Below are positions 19,173-29,439 of a stretch of 64,000 bases of DNA, one piece after another (the stretch's first letter is position 1; each line of letters begins with the position of its first letter). The translations under genes and the position numbers were made by a program. A model generated the notes under the pieces. The model was not told the DNA's origin and did no database searches. It saw only the letters and a list, made by a program, of their open reading frames with translations. Source of the DNA: Pseudomonadota bacterium (GTDB lineage: Bacteria > Pseudomonadota > Gammaproteobacteria > Steroidobacterales > SZUA-146); assembly GCA_039028935.1 (NCBI GenBank), contig JBCCHD010000004.1:49043-113042 (forward strand). Direction: 5' to 3'.

Positions 19173-19901
19173 ATGCCGAACTCTGCCGCCACACGCGAAG
19201 CCGAATATGGACTCAGACCACCACCGCGCCTGTATCAGTATGGCGAGGCCCGCGCCCCTTTTGAGGCCTTAACGTTGTTTCCAGCCGCACCTTGGTTGCT
19301 GACGATGCCGGGCGGTGACGGCCGCGAAGTGATGTTTGTTCCGGGTTTCTTAGCCAGCGACGCATCCACCTGGGCGCTTCGCAACTATCTCGACTACTTG
19401 GGTTACACCACACTGCCTTGGTCGCAGGGTCGCAACAAAGGACAACCCGAAGAAGACGCCCGCCGGTTACTCGATCATATTGAATCAGTTCGCCGCCCCG
19501 ATGAGCCGATTACGTTGGTGGGTTGGAGTTTAGGCGGTGTGATTGCACGCGAAGTCGCGCGTCTTGCACCCGACTCGGTGCGCGAGGTCATTACCTACGG
19601 AACACCCATTGAAGGCGGACCGAAGTACACCTCAACCGCAGAACTGTATGAGGGCCGACGCAACCTGGATCTCGACGCACTTGAAGACTATATCCACAGC
19701 GTCAACAGTCACGGCATCAGTCAGCCGCTCACTGTGATCTACAGCAAATCAGATGGCATCGTCGGGTGGCGGGCGGCCATAGATCGCTACAATCCCCAAG
19801 CACGCCACGTGCGGGTCGCAGGCTCACATATCGGCATGGGCACCAATCCGCTGGTTTGGCGCGCGATCGCCAAAGCGTTGCATCGATCCGGTAACCGCTA
19901 A
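19173..19901 (+). CDS. Alpha/beta hydrolase (lipase/esterase-like)
   Basis: Nucleophile elbow GWSLGG. The ATG at 19173 is preceded by AGGAG. Confidence 0.7.
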   Translation: MPNSAATREAEYGLRPPPRLYQYGEARAPFEALTLFPAAPWLLTMPGGDGREVMFVPGFLASDASTWALRNYLDYLGYTTLPWSQGRNKGQPEEDARRLLDHIESVRRPDEPITLVGWSLGGVIAREVARLAPDSVREVITYGTPIEGGPKYTSTAELYEGRRNLDLDALEDYIHSVNSHGISQPLTVIYSKSDGIVGWRAAIDRYNPQARHVRVAGSHIGMGTNPLVWRAIAKALHRSGNR

Positions 19902-19931
19902 GCGACAAACACGCGGATCAACGCGGGCGGC

Positions 19932-21659
19932 CTATTGACCGGCTGCGGGTCCGGGTGGATTGAAGAAGTACCCCTGCATGATCACCAGATCAAAAAAGTT
20001 CACCGCGCCGTCACCATTAAAGTCCGCATCCTCACTGTCGCCGAGGAACACGCCGCTGAACAACGACAAATCAAGAAAGTTGACGATGTTATCGTTGTTC
20101 AAATCCGGATCACAGTCATTGCCAAAACCGTCACCATCCGTGTCGCGCTGACTGACATTGGCCACAGCCGTGCAGTTGTCGACGCTGTCGAGCACACCGT
20201 CCTCATCGGTATCGGCGGCGGACGAGAACTTCCAAAGATCCGTTGAGAAATTAATATTCGAACCGGTTGTATTGAAGGTCATGACCACACCCGTGAGCGG
20301 GCCATTAGTCGCCACATACGGGTCAAAACTGCCGTTACCACCCCAGTGATAACTGTTGTCATCGAACAGCTGATCGAGTTCGATCACCACTTCCTGCCAG
20401 CCACCGCCAGCAACGGCGCAGGGCCCGGTCGGACTCACGACGCAGTTAAACTGAAACTCGTCGTCCGCCCCATCGGGCGGGTTCATGACGGTTTGGTCGT
20501 TGTCGTCGTCATCCAGAAAATTGAGTTCGATCGTGTAAGACTGATTCGCGAGCGGATCAATCCAGAAACTGAAGCGACTCATACCCGACAAATCGAGCGG
20601 CATGTTGCGGCCAATGCCCCCGGCGAAACCGGATGAGCCACCAGTGCCATAGCCTACTTGGATCGCGAATTCGCCACCGACAATCGGTGGCACGTTTGAA
20701 CTCGAGGCATTCAATCCACCTCCGCCAACCGAGCCATTGAAACTGAACCAATCATTACCAAATGGATCGCCGTGTTCCAGATCGTCAAAGACCAAATCCG
20801 GTGAGGTAGGCACTTCGGCAGGCAGCTCATACACGCGCACGTAGTCGATCACGTATTCCATCGGAAACACCGTGCTGCCATCAGGCGGGCCCGGCAAATT
20901 CCCGCCCACCGCCAGATTCAGCAACATATGAAAGTCGACATCAAACGGCGCTGGGAAATTGCCGTTGGTTGTATACCACGCATTTTGCGTTGCATAGAGC
21001 ACATCGTCGATGTACCAACGCATTTCTCCGGCCTGCCACTCCACCGCGTAGGTGTGAAAGTCGGTGGCCGTTCCTGCCGGCAAATTAGTGGCGTTACCGG
21101 TAAACACGTTTTCGGGAAACATACCGCCGTAGTGAATCGTGCCAAACACGCGATCGGGTTGATCGCCGGTTTGTTCCATGATGTCGATTTCACCGCTGGC
21201 CGCCCAAGTGCCGTAGGCATTCGCGGATGGCAACATCCAAAACGCTGGCCACATGCCCTGCCCAGTCGGCAACTTGGCACGCATTTCAATCCGGCCGTAC
21301 GTAAAATCGCCTTTGTTCAACGAACGAATGCGAGTCGATGTGTAGTTATAGCCCGCGAAGCCGTCGTTTTTGGCGGTGATCGTCAGCACGCCATCGGCCA
21401 CCGTGTCGTTAACACTGGTGTAGTACTGCAGCTCGTTATTGCCCCACCCGGGAATACCGTAGAGTTGGCCATTTCCGATCATGTAGCTCCACTTCGTTTG
21501 ATCGAGTTCGGTGCCATCAAATTCATCCGCCCACACCAACGGGCAGTCGGGATCGAATGCGCAGTTTGCCTGAGCGCTGCCGGTCATCACCGCCAGAAGG
21601 ACAAGACACAACGTCTGTACGAGTGGTTGCCCGAAGGGCGGCAAGGTCGAGTGTTTCAT
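19932..21659 (-). CDS. Secreted GH16 beta-glucanase (laminarinase-type) with central accessory domain and C-terminal thrombospondin-type-3 / dockerin-like module
   Basis: Signal peptide. GH16 catalytic motif GEIDIMEQ (ExDxxE) with WPAFWMLP upstream. C-terminal DTDEDGVLDSVDNC, DTDGDGFGNDCD, NIVNFLDL and NGDGAVNFFDL. Confidence 0.85.
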   Translation of the reverse strand: MKHSTLPPFGQPLVQTLCLVLLAVMTGSAQANCAFDPDCPLVWADEFDGTELDQTKWSYMIGNGQLYGIPGWGNNELQYYTSVNDTVADGVLTITAKNDGFAGYNYTSTRIRSLNKGDFTYGRIEMRAKLPTGQGMWPAFWMLPSANAYGTWAASGEIDIMEQTGDQPDRVFGTIHYGGMFPENVFTGNATNLPAGTATDFHTYAVEWQAGEMRWYIDDVLYATQNAWYTTNGNFPAPFDVDFHMLLNLAVGGNLPGPPDGSTVFPMEYVIDYVRVYELPAEVPTSPDLVFDDLEHGDPFGNDWFSFNGSVGGGGLNASSSNVPPIVGGEFAIQVGYGTGGSSGFAGGIGRNMPLDLSGMSRFSFWIDPLANQSYTIELNFLDDDDNDQTVMNPPDGADDEFQFNCVVSPTGPCAVAGGGWQEVVIELDQLFDDNSYHWGGNGSFDPYVATNGPLTGVVMTFNTTGSNINFSTDLWKFSSAADTDEDGVLDSVDNCTAVANVSQRDTDGDGFGNDCDPDLNNDNIVNFLDLSLFSGVFLGDSEDADFNGDGAVNFFDLVIMQGYFFNPPGPAAGQ

Positions 21660-21968
21660 AGGACATTACTTCCGAATTAGAGGGGTTCGCGGACCCCTGA
21701 ACCTGATCGCGTACCGATATTGCGGCATTTATCCCGATATCGTTGTTTTTATTGGCTATTTGCACTTGCCCTGCGGTGAGCGACCGCTTGGATAGAGCTT
21801 AGCTTAGTTTTCCTTATCGTATCTTAACTTTTTGTTTTACAAAGCTTGTTTCGACATAAATGGCGCGCAACCAGCGACGTCGACATTTCAATGCGCGTCC
21901 TCCGGACACCCTGGGCGGCCGCTTAATCCGAGCCGACAGAGTATGTCGCGGCGCCAGTGAAGCCGCAG

Positions 21969-21982
21969 TGACAACGTTGTCG
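21969..21982. promoter_or_regulatory. LacI-family operator-like palindrome, site 3 (TGACAACGTTGTCG)
   Basis: Same motif as sites 1 and 2, in the GH16 / DUF885 divergent intergenic region. Confidence 0.6.
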
Positions 21983-22137
21983 GCTGAGGCCCTACGGCGG
22001 TCAAGTTTCACCGGCTGCACTGTAATCAATAAATAAAACATATGCTTATGTTTTGACATGGCCGTCGGTCATCGGCTGTGGCAAGCATTCGACCCATCGA
22101 CCTTCTGCTGGCCCGTTTACCTCACACTAACCATAGG

Positions 22138-22151
22138 TGACAACGTTGTCA
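22138..22151. promoter_or_regulatory. LacI-family operator-like palindrome, site 4 (TGACAACGTTGTCA, perfect)
   Basis: Perfect 14-bp palindrome, 169 bp from site 3 and about 250 bp upstream of the DUF885 gene. Confidence 0.7.
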
Positions 22152-22397
22152 ATCTAATGCCCGTAAAGGGCGAGCCGGGTCTGGCGCACGGTACTTTCGC
22201 GTAACGATGCGTGTCGATGGTGTTTACTAAACGCACACACTAATCCATGCGCCGCCGACCCGACTGGTCGGTGCGTGAACATCCCCAGCCCGCTTGATCG
22301 CCCGTCTCTGTGCTTAGCGCAACCCTTTGAGGCGGTGGTGCGTCATACTCATAAAATGCCCTTCTGCATTTCATCTATTTGTTTTTGAGGTACTACT

Positions 22398-24143
22398 ATG
22401 CGCACGATTCATCGCACCCGGCTGCTCTTTATTGCATTTTGTGGTTTCGCCCTTAACGCCATGGCATCCGACAACTGGGTCGAGACAAGCAATGCCAATG
22501 CGCAAATTGTTCTGAAAGCCATGGCCAAATACAGTCCCGAGGGAGCCGGTAGTCTCGGCGTGGATGGTCTCGACGAAGACATCAGTGTCTGGGACAAGGG
22601 GATTTACAAACGCTCTTTGGCCGACTTTGATGAAACGCTCAAAGCACTGAACAAAAAGCTCGATGACGAAACTCACCCGACCGTGCGTCAGGATCTTCAG
22701 ATTCTCATCAAAGCGATTGAAGACAGCCTGACGTCGACCAAACTCGATCGCGACAACATGCTGCCCTATTACAATGTATCGAGCACGGTCTTTAGTGGTA
22801 TTCGCGGCCTTATCGATCCGCAGATCCCTGCGGAACGCTACCCCGCTGCCATCGTGCGACTCAAGAAATACGCCGGCATTGAACGCGGCTATACGCCCAT
22901 TGTGGAGCACGCCATAGCACGCACCAAAGAACGCTTCAAAGTCAAAGGTCTGGTTGGCCCCTACAAGGGCGAAGTCGAACAAGACCTGGAACGCAGCGCG
23001 ACGTTTATCACCGGTATCAAAGAATTATTTGAGGGCACAGAGCTCACCGGCTGGGAAGAGGCTTACGAAACATTGGCCAAACAGCTCAACGACTATAACG
23101 ATTGGGTACGCGCCGAAATGCTCCCTCGCGCTCGCGAGGATTACCGCCTACCGAATGTTATGTATCGCGACGCGTTGAAAAATTGGGGCGTGGACGCGGA
23201 TCCAGAAGAGCTCATTAAGCGAGCCACAGCCGGCTATATGGACATCCGCAATGAAATGGAGGCGCTTGCGCCACTGGTTGCGCAAGAAAAAGGCTATGAA
23301 ACAAAAGATTATCGTGAGGTGATCCGACTTCTAAAAGAAGACCGCGTCACGGGTGACGCATTGCTGCCGTTCTATCGAGATGTCTTGGGCGAACTTGAAG
23401 ACATCATTCGTGCTGAGCGGCTCGTGAGCCTTCCGGAGCGCGAGGCCGGTATTCGCATCGCGACGGCGGCGGAAACAGCGCGACAGCCGGCCGCTCACCT
23501 GGATGTGCCACGACTGATCGGCAATACCGGTGAATACCCAACATTTGTTATTCCATTGCTAGAGCAAAACGAGGACGGTACCTGGCCCGAATCGGACGAT
23601 ACATACAAAGCCGGGGCATGGACACTCACCGCGCACGAGGCTCGACCGGGTCACGAACTGCAGTTTTCGAGCATGATCGAAGGCGGCGTGTCGATTACTC
23701 GGGGCGTCTTTGCGTTCAATAGTGCGAATGTCGAAGGTTGGGCGCTGTATGCCGAAGCCATCGCGAAACCCTATATGCCGCTCGATGCGCAAATGATCTC
23801 TCTACAGTACCGCTTAGCCCGCGCGGCGCGAATGTACCTCGATCCGATGTTGAACTTAGGTCGAATCACACCCGAGGAAGCCAAACGTATCCTCAAAGAG
23901 GATGTGGTGCTAGGCGAAACCTGGGCCCAGAACGAGATCGAACGCTACACCTATCGTATTCCAGGTCAGGCGACCGCGTACTATTACGGGTACCTCAATC
24001 TGCAAGCACTTCGAACTCAAACAGAAATCGCCATGGGCGAGGCGTTCGACGCTCAAGCTTTCCACGACTTTATTCTCGCGCAAGGACTGTTGCCGCCAGA
24101 CATCCTTGCGCAGGCCATTAGAGAGAAGTTTGTGCAAATGTAA
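22398..24143 (+). CDS. DUF885-family protein (putative secreted metallopeptidase-like)
   Basis: 581 aa with a signal peptide. The motif TAHEARPGHELQ resembles the HExxPGHxxQ signature I associate with DUF885. The family name is from memory. Confidence 0.65.
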   Translation: MRTIHRTRLLFIAFCGFALNAMASDNWVETSNANAQIVLKAMAKYSPEGAGSLGVDGLDEDISVWDKGIYKRSLADFDETLKALNKKLDDETHPTVRQDLQILIKAIEDSLTSTKLDRDNMLPYYNVSSTVFSGIRGLIDPQIPAERYPAAIVRLKKYAGIERGYTPIVEHAIARTKERFKVKGLVGPYKGEVEQDLERSATFITGIKELFEGTELTGWEEAYETLAKQLNDYNDWVRAEMLPRAREDYRLPNVMYRDALKNWGVDADPEELIKRATAGYMDIRNEMEALAPLVAQEKGYETKDYREVIRLLKEDRVTGDALLPFYRDVLGELEDIIRAERLVSLPEREAGIRIATAAETARQPAAHLDVPRLIGNTGEYPTFVIPLLEQNEDGTWPESDDTYKAGAWTLTAHEARPGHELQFSSMIEGGVSITRGVFAFNSANVEGWALYAEAIAKPYMPLDAQMISLQYRLARAARMYLDPMLNLGRITPEEAKRILKEDVVLGETWAQNEIERYTYRIPGQATAYYYGYLNLQALRTQTEIAMGEAFDAQAFHDFILAQGLLPPDILAQAIREKFVQM

Positions 24144-24163
24144 ACAAGGCCTTATCCAGCCCT

Positions 24164-24200
24164 AAGGCGCGTTTGGAGCTCGCTTCATTCGCGCCTTTTT
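24164..24200 (+). terminator. Possible terminator after the DUF885 gene
   Basis: AAGGCGCG ... CGCGCCTT stem with a long loop, followed by T5. Confidence 0.4.
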
Positions 24201-24292
24201 GTGTTGATCGATCGATTGCTCCGTATGCTAAGGTGTCGGGCCGCGTTGCGTACACAGCGGGCGAGGGTTAATGGCCCGATCAGGAGAGGCAC

Positions 24293-24559
24293 ATGGCAGG
24301 GGGATGGGCGCGCGACGGCGCCGTTCAGGAACAAATTGACGCAAGCGTTGAAGACGCCGTTAAACGCGCGCGCAGTCAGCTCGCCCGTGGCCCAGGACGC
24401 GAGCCCTGTGAAGAGTGTGACGAACTCATTCCCGACGCTCGCCGTAAGGCCGTGCCCGGTGTCACGCTCTGCGTTCAGTGCCAAGAAGAACTCGATGCCA
24501 GTCGACTCACTCAATCGGGTATCAACCGACGCGGCAGCAAGGACAGTCAGCTGCGCTGA
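24293..24559 (+). CDS. DksA/TraR-family C4 zinc-finger protein
   Basis: 88 aa with CEECDELIP...CVQCQ (CxxC-x17-CxxC), typical of TraR/DksA-type small proteins. Confidence 0.7.
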   Translation: MAGGWARDGAVQEQIDASVEDAVKRARSQLARGPGREPCEECDELIPDARRKAVPGVTLCVQCQEELDASRLTQSGINRRGSKDSQLR

Positions 24560-24690
24560 GCCTGTTCCGCGACACGACTCCTAGTCTGCACAATGTCGCC
24601 AAGACAACCGCGCATCGCACCGCGACGCCAAACTAACAAGCGCTCTTGACCCACTGTCTGCTCACGCCAATCCACCTTGCCGGATAACGC

Positions 24691-25860
24691 CTAGCGCCCA
24701 AACACGATACGTTCCGCGGCGGTCGCCTCGATCGTTGGCCAGTCGAGAACCAGACCGATGCCAGGCGTCGTCGGTGCGTGAACCGAACCATCCGGTTCGA
24801 GTGGAAACCGCGAACACCCCGCTAAATCGAAATCATGACGCGGCACGGGTACCTCAAAAAACGTGGAATTGTTCTGACCCAACGCCAAATGGAGATTCGC
24901 CGCCGTCGAAAACGATCCACCCCACGATTGCAATTCCACGTTCAAGCCGGCCTTTTTGGCCAAATTGAAAATGCCGAGCGCGGGCGTAATGCCGCCCGCG
25001 GTCGCCGCATCAATCCGTAACGCGCTCCAACACTGCGCGTCGATGGCCTGAGCCAGATGCGCCTGATCAACCACGCTATTACCGGCCGGTAAGATCGGCG
25101 TATCGACTTGTGCCTGTAGGCGCCGATACGCCGCCCAGTCATGATCATTAAACGGCGCTTCGAGCCAAAGAAATTCGGCATCAGACGCGACCTTCGCAAC
25201 CGCCAGCGCCGCGTCTTCGCTATACAACTCTTCCGCATCGAACATAAACTGACAGTCACTGTGTGCAAAGGCTGCTGTTACGGCCTCAATTAGCGCGATG
25301 TCGGACTCCGCCGTTGATTTGTAATGAAATTTAAACCGGCCAAAACCTTGGGACTGTAAACTCGATATGAGCTCGATGTACTGTTTTGGCGTATCCATAA
25401 CCGGCACGCTCGCATAGCAGGGAAGCTGATCGCGTGCATTACCCAGCAAGGTATAAAGCGGCTTGCCACATCGCCTTGCCAGTAGATCCCACAGCGCGAT
25501 ATCCACCACGGCCAGCGCGGGATTAGACACTCCCGGCCTGCGCTGGCTCATCCACCGCCAATGGTCGTCCACCGACCGAGATTGGCTATTGAGAAGCCCA
25601 ACGATGAGCGGACGCAGGCTATGCGCGACCGACAAATCCGCTCCGAATTCGGTGAACGTGCAAACACTTCCACCGCCCACGAAACCGTCTTCATCCTCGA
25701 CCTTGACAATGGTATCCGTGTTCAACACCTCGGGCATGACGGGCGACCAGGCGTACTCTGGCGGGGATTGAACTACGACGTATACCGTCACACGAGTGAT
25801 GGCGGCAAGTGGGTTAGGCGCGTGGCTCGCTGAGAAACTCGTGTTCATTTTCAGATACAT
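24691..25860 (-). CDS. Enolase-superfamily enzyme (mandelate racemase / muconate lactonizing enzyme family)
   Basis: 389 aa with N-terminal capping domain plus TIM-barrel pattern (FKFHYK, FMFDAEE, LEAPF, acidic metal ligands). Substrate unknown. Confidence 0.7.
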   Translation of the reverse strand: MYLKMNTSFSASHAPNPLAAITRVTVYVVVQSPPEYAWSPVMPEVLNTDTIVKVEDEDGFVGGGSVCTFTEFGADLSVAHSLRPLIVGLLNSQSRSVDDHWRWMSQRRPGVSNPALAVVDIALWDLLARRCGKPLYTLLGNARDQLPCYASVPVMDTPKQYIELISSLQSQGFGRFKFHYKSTAESDIALIEAVTAAFAHSDCQFMFDAEELYSEDAALAVAKVASDAEFLWLEAPFNDHDWAAYRRLQAQVDTPILPAGNSVVDQAHLAQAIDAQCWSALRIDAATAGGITPALGIFNLAKKAGLNVELQSWGGSFSTAANLHLALGQNNSTFFEVPVPRHDFDLAGCSRFPLEPDGSVHAPTTPGIGLVLDWPTIEATAAERIVFGR

Positions 25861-25889
25861 CCGTCCACTTCAAGTCACGATGCAGTGTA

Positions 25890-25920
25890 TAAAAAAACAC
25901 CCGCCAGAGGCGGGTGTTTT
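25890..25920 (-). terminator. Rho-independent terminator after the TonB-dependent receptor gene
   Basis: ACACCCGCC-tctg-GGCGGGTGT hairpin followed by T7 on the minus strand. Confidence 0.8.
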
Positions 25921-25968
25921 CGGTTTCTTTATGTGACGCGATGCGCCACTGGTTGTGCGATACGTCGA

Positions 25969-28900
25969 CTAAAAGTCGTACTGAAAGCCAAAACGTATCT
26001 CATAACGTGAGGCATCGCCCACTCGGCTCTCAGGCGTACCAAGCTCAAGCGTGCGAGGGAAATTGTGCTGATACAGCACGCCCCAATCGTCATTCAGTAA
26101 GTTGGTCAGGTTATCAACCACCATAAACACACCCACTTCATGACCTTCACGGAACCCAGGAAAATCGACGTTCAGGCGCATATCGACCTTCCGCCACCAA
26201 GAACCGGTTTCAGTATTACGACCGTCTCCCGGACGCAAAACGTTGTCGCGGAAATCGAGGAACGGCGTGAAGCCAAACGGATCGATCGTGCCATTGAATG
26301 CATAGCTAAACGGACGACCGGAATTCGCGGCACCATAGAACGACAACGTGGCATCGTATTTATCCAAAAACGTACGACGATAGTTAGTCGTGAACGTGAA
26401 ACGATGTTTGATGTTGTAGTTGGAGGTGGATCGAATGTCTTCCTGTGGGTCAAAGAATGCGCGGTTCTGATAATTAGAAAACGCCACCGAACTCGTCATT
26501 GGGCTGACATCCTCTGCATCGCTGTAGGCATACCCGACGGTAAAATCGAAGCCATTTTCGAATGCTTTGGCTAGGCCAAGCGAGAAATTCAGCGAGCGGT
26601 TGCCCACATTACTGTTCGTCAGCACAAAGCTGGGCTCTCGAACCGAATCGTAAATCGGGTAGCCGTCCGGGTTGGTGCCGGTCTGCTCCAAATCACCACG
26701 TAAGACAATCGCCGAATCCTGACCGTCTGTGTACAGAAGATCGGCACTCAATACATAGTCCTGAGGAAGGATGTGCGTCACGCCCAGCGCGTATTTCCAC
26801 TCGGAGGGCAGATCAAAATCCGGGTCCAGGTAGTTAATCTCGAAGTTGTCGCCAACCCCCATTGCCACAGCATTGAACAGCTCAGAGGGCACGCCATAAC
26901 CGGGACCATTGGGTACGCCATCTTCGAGACCGAGGTAGACCACATCGGCATCAAACAGCGAACGCGAGCCATCGGTGTAACCGAATGAGCGGCCGCGCTG
27001 GCCGAACTGAAGCACGTTGTTGGCAGAATAATTGTTGGATAACCACACGTTCGGGTCGCCGCCTGAGTACAGGCCGATACCACCTCTGAACGTCGTGTTG
27101 TCACTGTACTCATAGGTAAAGCCAAATCGCGGCTGCAGCAAACCTTCGCCATCCACCGTGTTCGAATTGGAAAAACCGTAGTCGGCCAAAAACGTCGCGT
27201 TCTCGGCCGGTGCAACATCGGTGCCGTACCAGTCGTAACGAACACCCGCCACGATCGTTAGACGATCAGTCGCAAGAAACTCATCCTGAAAATACAGTGT
27301 GTTGAGCTCGTAGCCCCAATCGGCCGCTGCATCCAGCGGGTTGTTGGAGGGGGCGTTGTTGTAGTAAATCGCGTCGGCAAAGCCATTGCGGAAATTTTCA
27401 ATGCCATCGAAGCGAATTTCGGTTTCGGTGTGTTGCACAAAGAGGTTAAACACATCAAATTCTTCGCGTTCGTAGCCAAAGGTAAATTCGTGATCACCCC
27501 AGAGGTACTTGCCTTTTAGCGCAATCGTATCCACGTCATAGCTCAATTGATTGGACTGACGACTGTCATCCCCACCCAAGTACACGTCAACATCGTCGAG
27601 CTCTACGCGAATTTCACCGAAATCCGTACCGCCAACCGTGAGCTGACGGTTGTCCAGATCGACGCGAGCCAGTCGAATTTCCGTCGAGAAATTGGACGTC
27701 CAATCGGAATAGAGTGTCGCGGCGTAGGAATTGAGCTCGGCACCGCGCTCATACAGATGATTTTGAAATTCAAACTCATCCAGATCGCCGTCCGCCGTCG
27801 AGAAGTTTTCGCCATCGTTATAGTTGTAGGTGAACGCCACACGCTGACGATCGCTGATATTCCAATCCAGCTTAATTAGAAGCTTGTCATCTTCATGATC
27901 CAAACTATCTGGGATGCCGCCTGGATCGTACTGGTACAGCGTATTCGCGATCTGCACAATCTCATCGAGCTCTGCCTGGGTAACGGCCACTTCGTTCACC
28001 GCCCCCGAGCCAATCGGTCCGCGGTCAAATAGATTAGCGCCTTCGAGTTTTTCGTACGCCGCGAAGAAGAACAGACGATCCTTGATGATAGGTCCACCAA
28101 AGGTGATTCCGTATCGGGTTTCGGTGTAGTCCCCGGAAGTGATGCTATCGCCTTCGAGACTGTCCGCTCGCAAGCTGTCGCTCGTGTAGTCGACAAAGGT
28201 TGAGCCAAAAAACTCATTGCCGCCTGACTTGGTCACCGCATTGATGTTGCAGGCAGAGAAACCGCCGTATTCCACATCAAACGGTGCCAATTCCACGGCC
28301 ACTTGATTGATCGCGTCGTAGGAAAACGGAATGCGTTCGGTCGGATACCCGTTGGCATTAAGGCCAAACGAATCGTTGAGACGCACACCGTCAACGGTGA
28401 GACTGTTGAAACGAGGGTTTTTACCACCACACTGCACGGCATTGATGCCCCCACGCGATTCATCGACATAAATACGCGCATCCGCCCGAATAACGTCAGT
28501 GATATTTCGGTTGATCGCAGGCGCGAGCTCGAGCTCTTCGAGTCCAAACGTGGAACTCGGGCCGACCGCAATCTCACTGACGACCTGACGGGTGCCGACC
28601 ACCATGACTTCTTCAGTAAAACCGGAACTGGCGAGATCGAAATTGACAGCGGCGGTTTTACCGAGATTGAGCGAAACACCCTCAACGCGCTCGGAGCCAA
28701 AACCGTCGCTCGACACGCTAACACTGTAGTCGTAGCCGACCGGCAGGTTGCGAATCGCAAACTCACCGTTGACATCGGTGACAGCGGAACGGGTCAAACC
28801 CGACTGCTCGTTGCGAACGGTCACGACCGCGTTCGCAATCGCGTCACCGCTGTCCGAGGTGACTGTGCCGCGAACCGCAGAACTGGTGGTCTGAGCGTGT

Positions 28901-28983
28901 GATGAAAGCGGCAACGCCAGTAGCAATACCGCCAGTAACGCGGCAAAGCGACCAAGCCGCGAGCTGGATACAGGATTAATCAT
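25969..28983 (-). CDS. TonB-dependent receptor, Oar-like (N-terminal carboxypeptidase-regulatory-like domain)
   Basis: 1004 aa with a signal peptide. It has an Ig-like CarboxypepD_reg segment (VRGTVTSDSGDAIANAVVTVRNEQSGLTRSAVTDVNGEFAIRNLP). The TonB-box/plug start is EEVMVVGTR. The beta-barrel body ends in aromatic ...FGFQYDF. Confidence 0.9.
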   Translation of the reverse strand: MINPVSSSRLGRFAALLAVLLLALPLSSHAQTTSSAVRGTVTSDSGDAIANAVVTVRNEQSGLTRSAVTDVNGEFAIRNLPVGYDYSVSVSSDGFGSERVEGVSLNLGKTAAVNFDLASSGFTEEVMVVGTRQVVSEIAVGPSSTFGLEELELAPAINRNITDVIRADARIYVDESRGGINAVQCGGKNPRFNSLTVDGVRLNDSFGLNANGYPTERIPFSYDAINQVAVELAPFDVEYGGFSACNINAVTKSGGNEFFGSTFVDYTSDSLRADSLEGDSITSGDYTETRYGITFGGPIIKDRLFFFAAYEKLEGANLFDRGPIGSGAVNEVAVTQAELDEIVQIANTLYQYDPGGIPDSLDHEDDKLLIKLDWNISDRQRVAFTYNYNDGENFSTADGDLDEFEFQNHLYERGAELNSYAATLYSDWTSNFSTEIRLARVDLDNRQLTVGGTDFGEIRVELDDVDVYLGGDDSRQSNQLSYDVDTIALKGKYLWGDHEFTFGYEREEFDVFNLFVQHTETEIRFDGIENFRNGFADAIYYNNAPSNNPLDAAADWGYELNTLYFQDEFLATDRLTIVAGVRYDWYGTDVAPAENATFLADYGFSNSNTVDGEGLLQPRFGFTYEYSDNTTFRGGIGLYSGGDPNVWLSNNYSANNVLQFGQRGRSFGYTDGSRSLFDADVVYLGLEDGVPNGPGYGVPSELFNAVAMGVGDNFEINYLDPDFDLPSEWKYALGVTHILPQDYVLSADLLYTDGQDSAIVLRGDLEQTGTNPDGYPIYDSVREPSFVLTNSNVGNRSLNFSLGLAKAFENGFDFTVGYAYSDAEDVSPMTSSVAFSNYQNRAFFDPQEDIRSTSNYNIKHRFTFTTNYRRTFLDKYDATLSFYGAANSGRPFSYAFNGTIDPFGFTPFLDFRDNVLRPGDGRNTETGSWWRKVDMRLNVDFPGFREGHEVGVFMVVDNLTNLLNDDWGVLYQHNFPRTLELGTPESRVGDASRYEIRFGFQYDF

Positions 28984-29379
28984 AGTTAAGCCTCAAAACG
29001 ATTAAATGAAATCGATTCATCAGAGCGCTAGTCTGACTGATGCGCAAAATTGGATAGAGTGAGCGAGCGTTCTTGTCGACGTTAACCTACATCACATCTA
29101 ACAAAGCGCGGCGGCGGTCTTCGCCAAACGCCTGATGAAGCAAGTTATTTCCCCAAAGATGTTGGAAGATGAACTGGCCGGAGCCCCAATGCCTCCGACG
29201 GTGACGATCCTTCGTACTGCGTACTCTAAAGCGTCACTGCGAATGATACAAACGGATTGTTGCGGATTTCTGACACACTCAACGATCACCGTTGCGGCGA
29301 GCGTGTATCGCTCAACGTCATTCGCGCGCGTTCCCGTTGCATTTTCACGACATTAGCGTCGATTCAAAGAATCGGGATT

Positions 29380-29413
29380 AAAAAAAAGCCCTTCAACCGA
29401 AAGATTGAAGGGC
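29380..29413 (-). terminator. Rho-independent terminator (minus strand) with no annotated gene upstream of it
   Basis: On the minus strand, GCCCTTCAA-tctttcgg-TTGAAGGGC is followed by T8. The nearest minus-strand coding gene upstream is absent: the 29414-29878 region is non-coding. Confidence 0.75.
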
Positions 29414-29439
29414 GAGTATTTAGAAGAAGCCCGGCGTTT

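Noticed and set aside
20928-22982. ORFs 20928-21680 (+), 21814-22059 (-) and 22371-22982 (-)
   Set aside because: The first and third are antisense to the GH16 and DUF885 genes. The 81-aa ORF in the intergenic region is basic and low-complexity, has no RBS, and overlaps an operator site.
29074-29087. LacI-operator-like TGTCGACGTTAACC upstream of the Oar-type receptor gene
   Set aside because: It has five mismatches to the TGACAACGTTGTCA consensus and poor symmetry, so it is probably chance.
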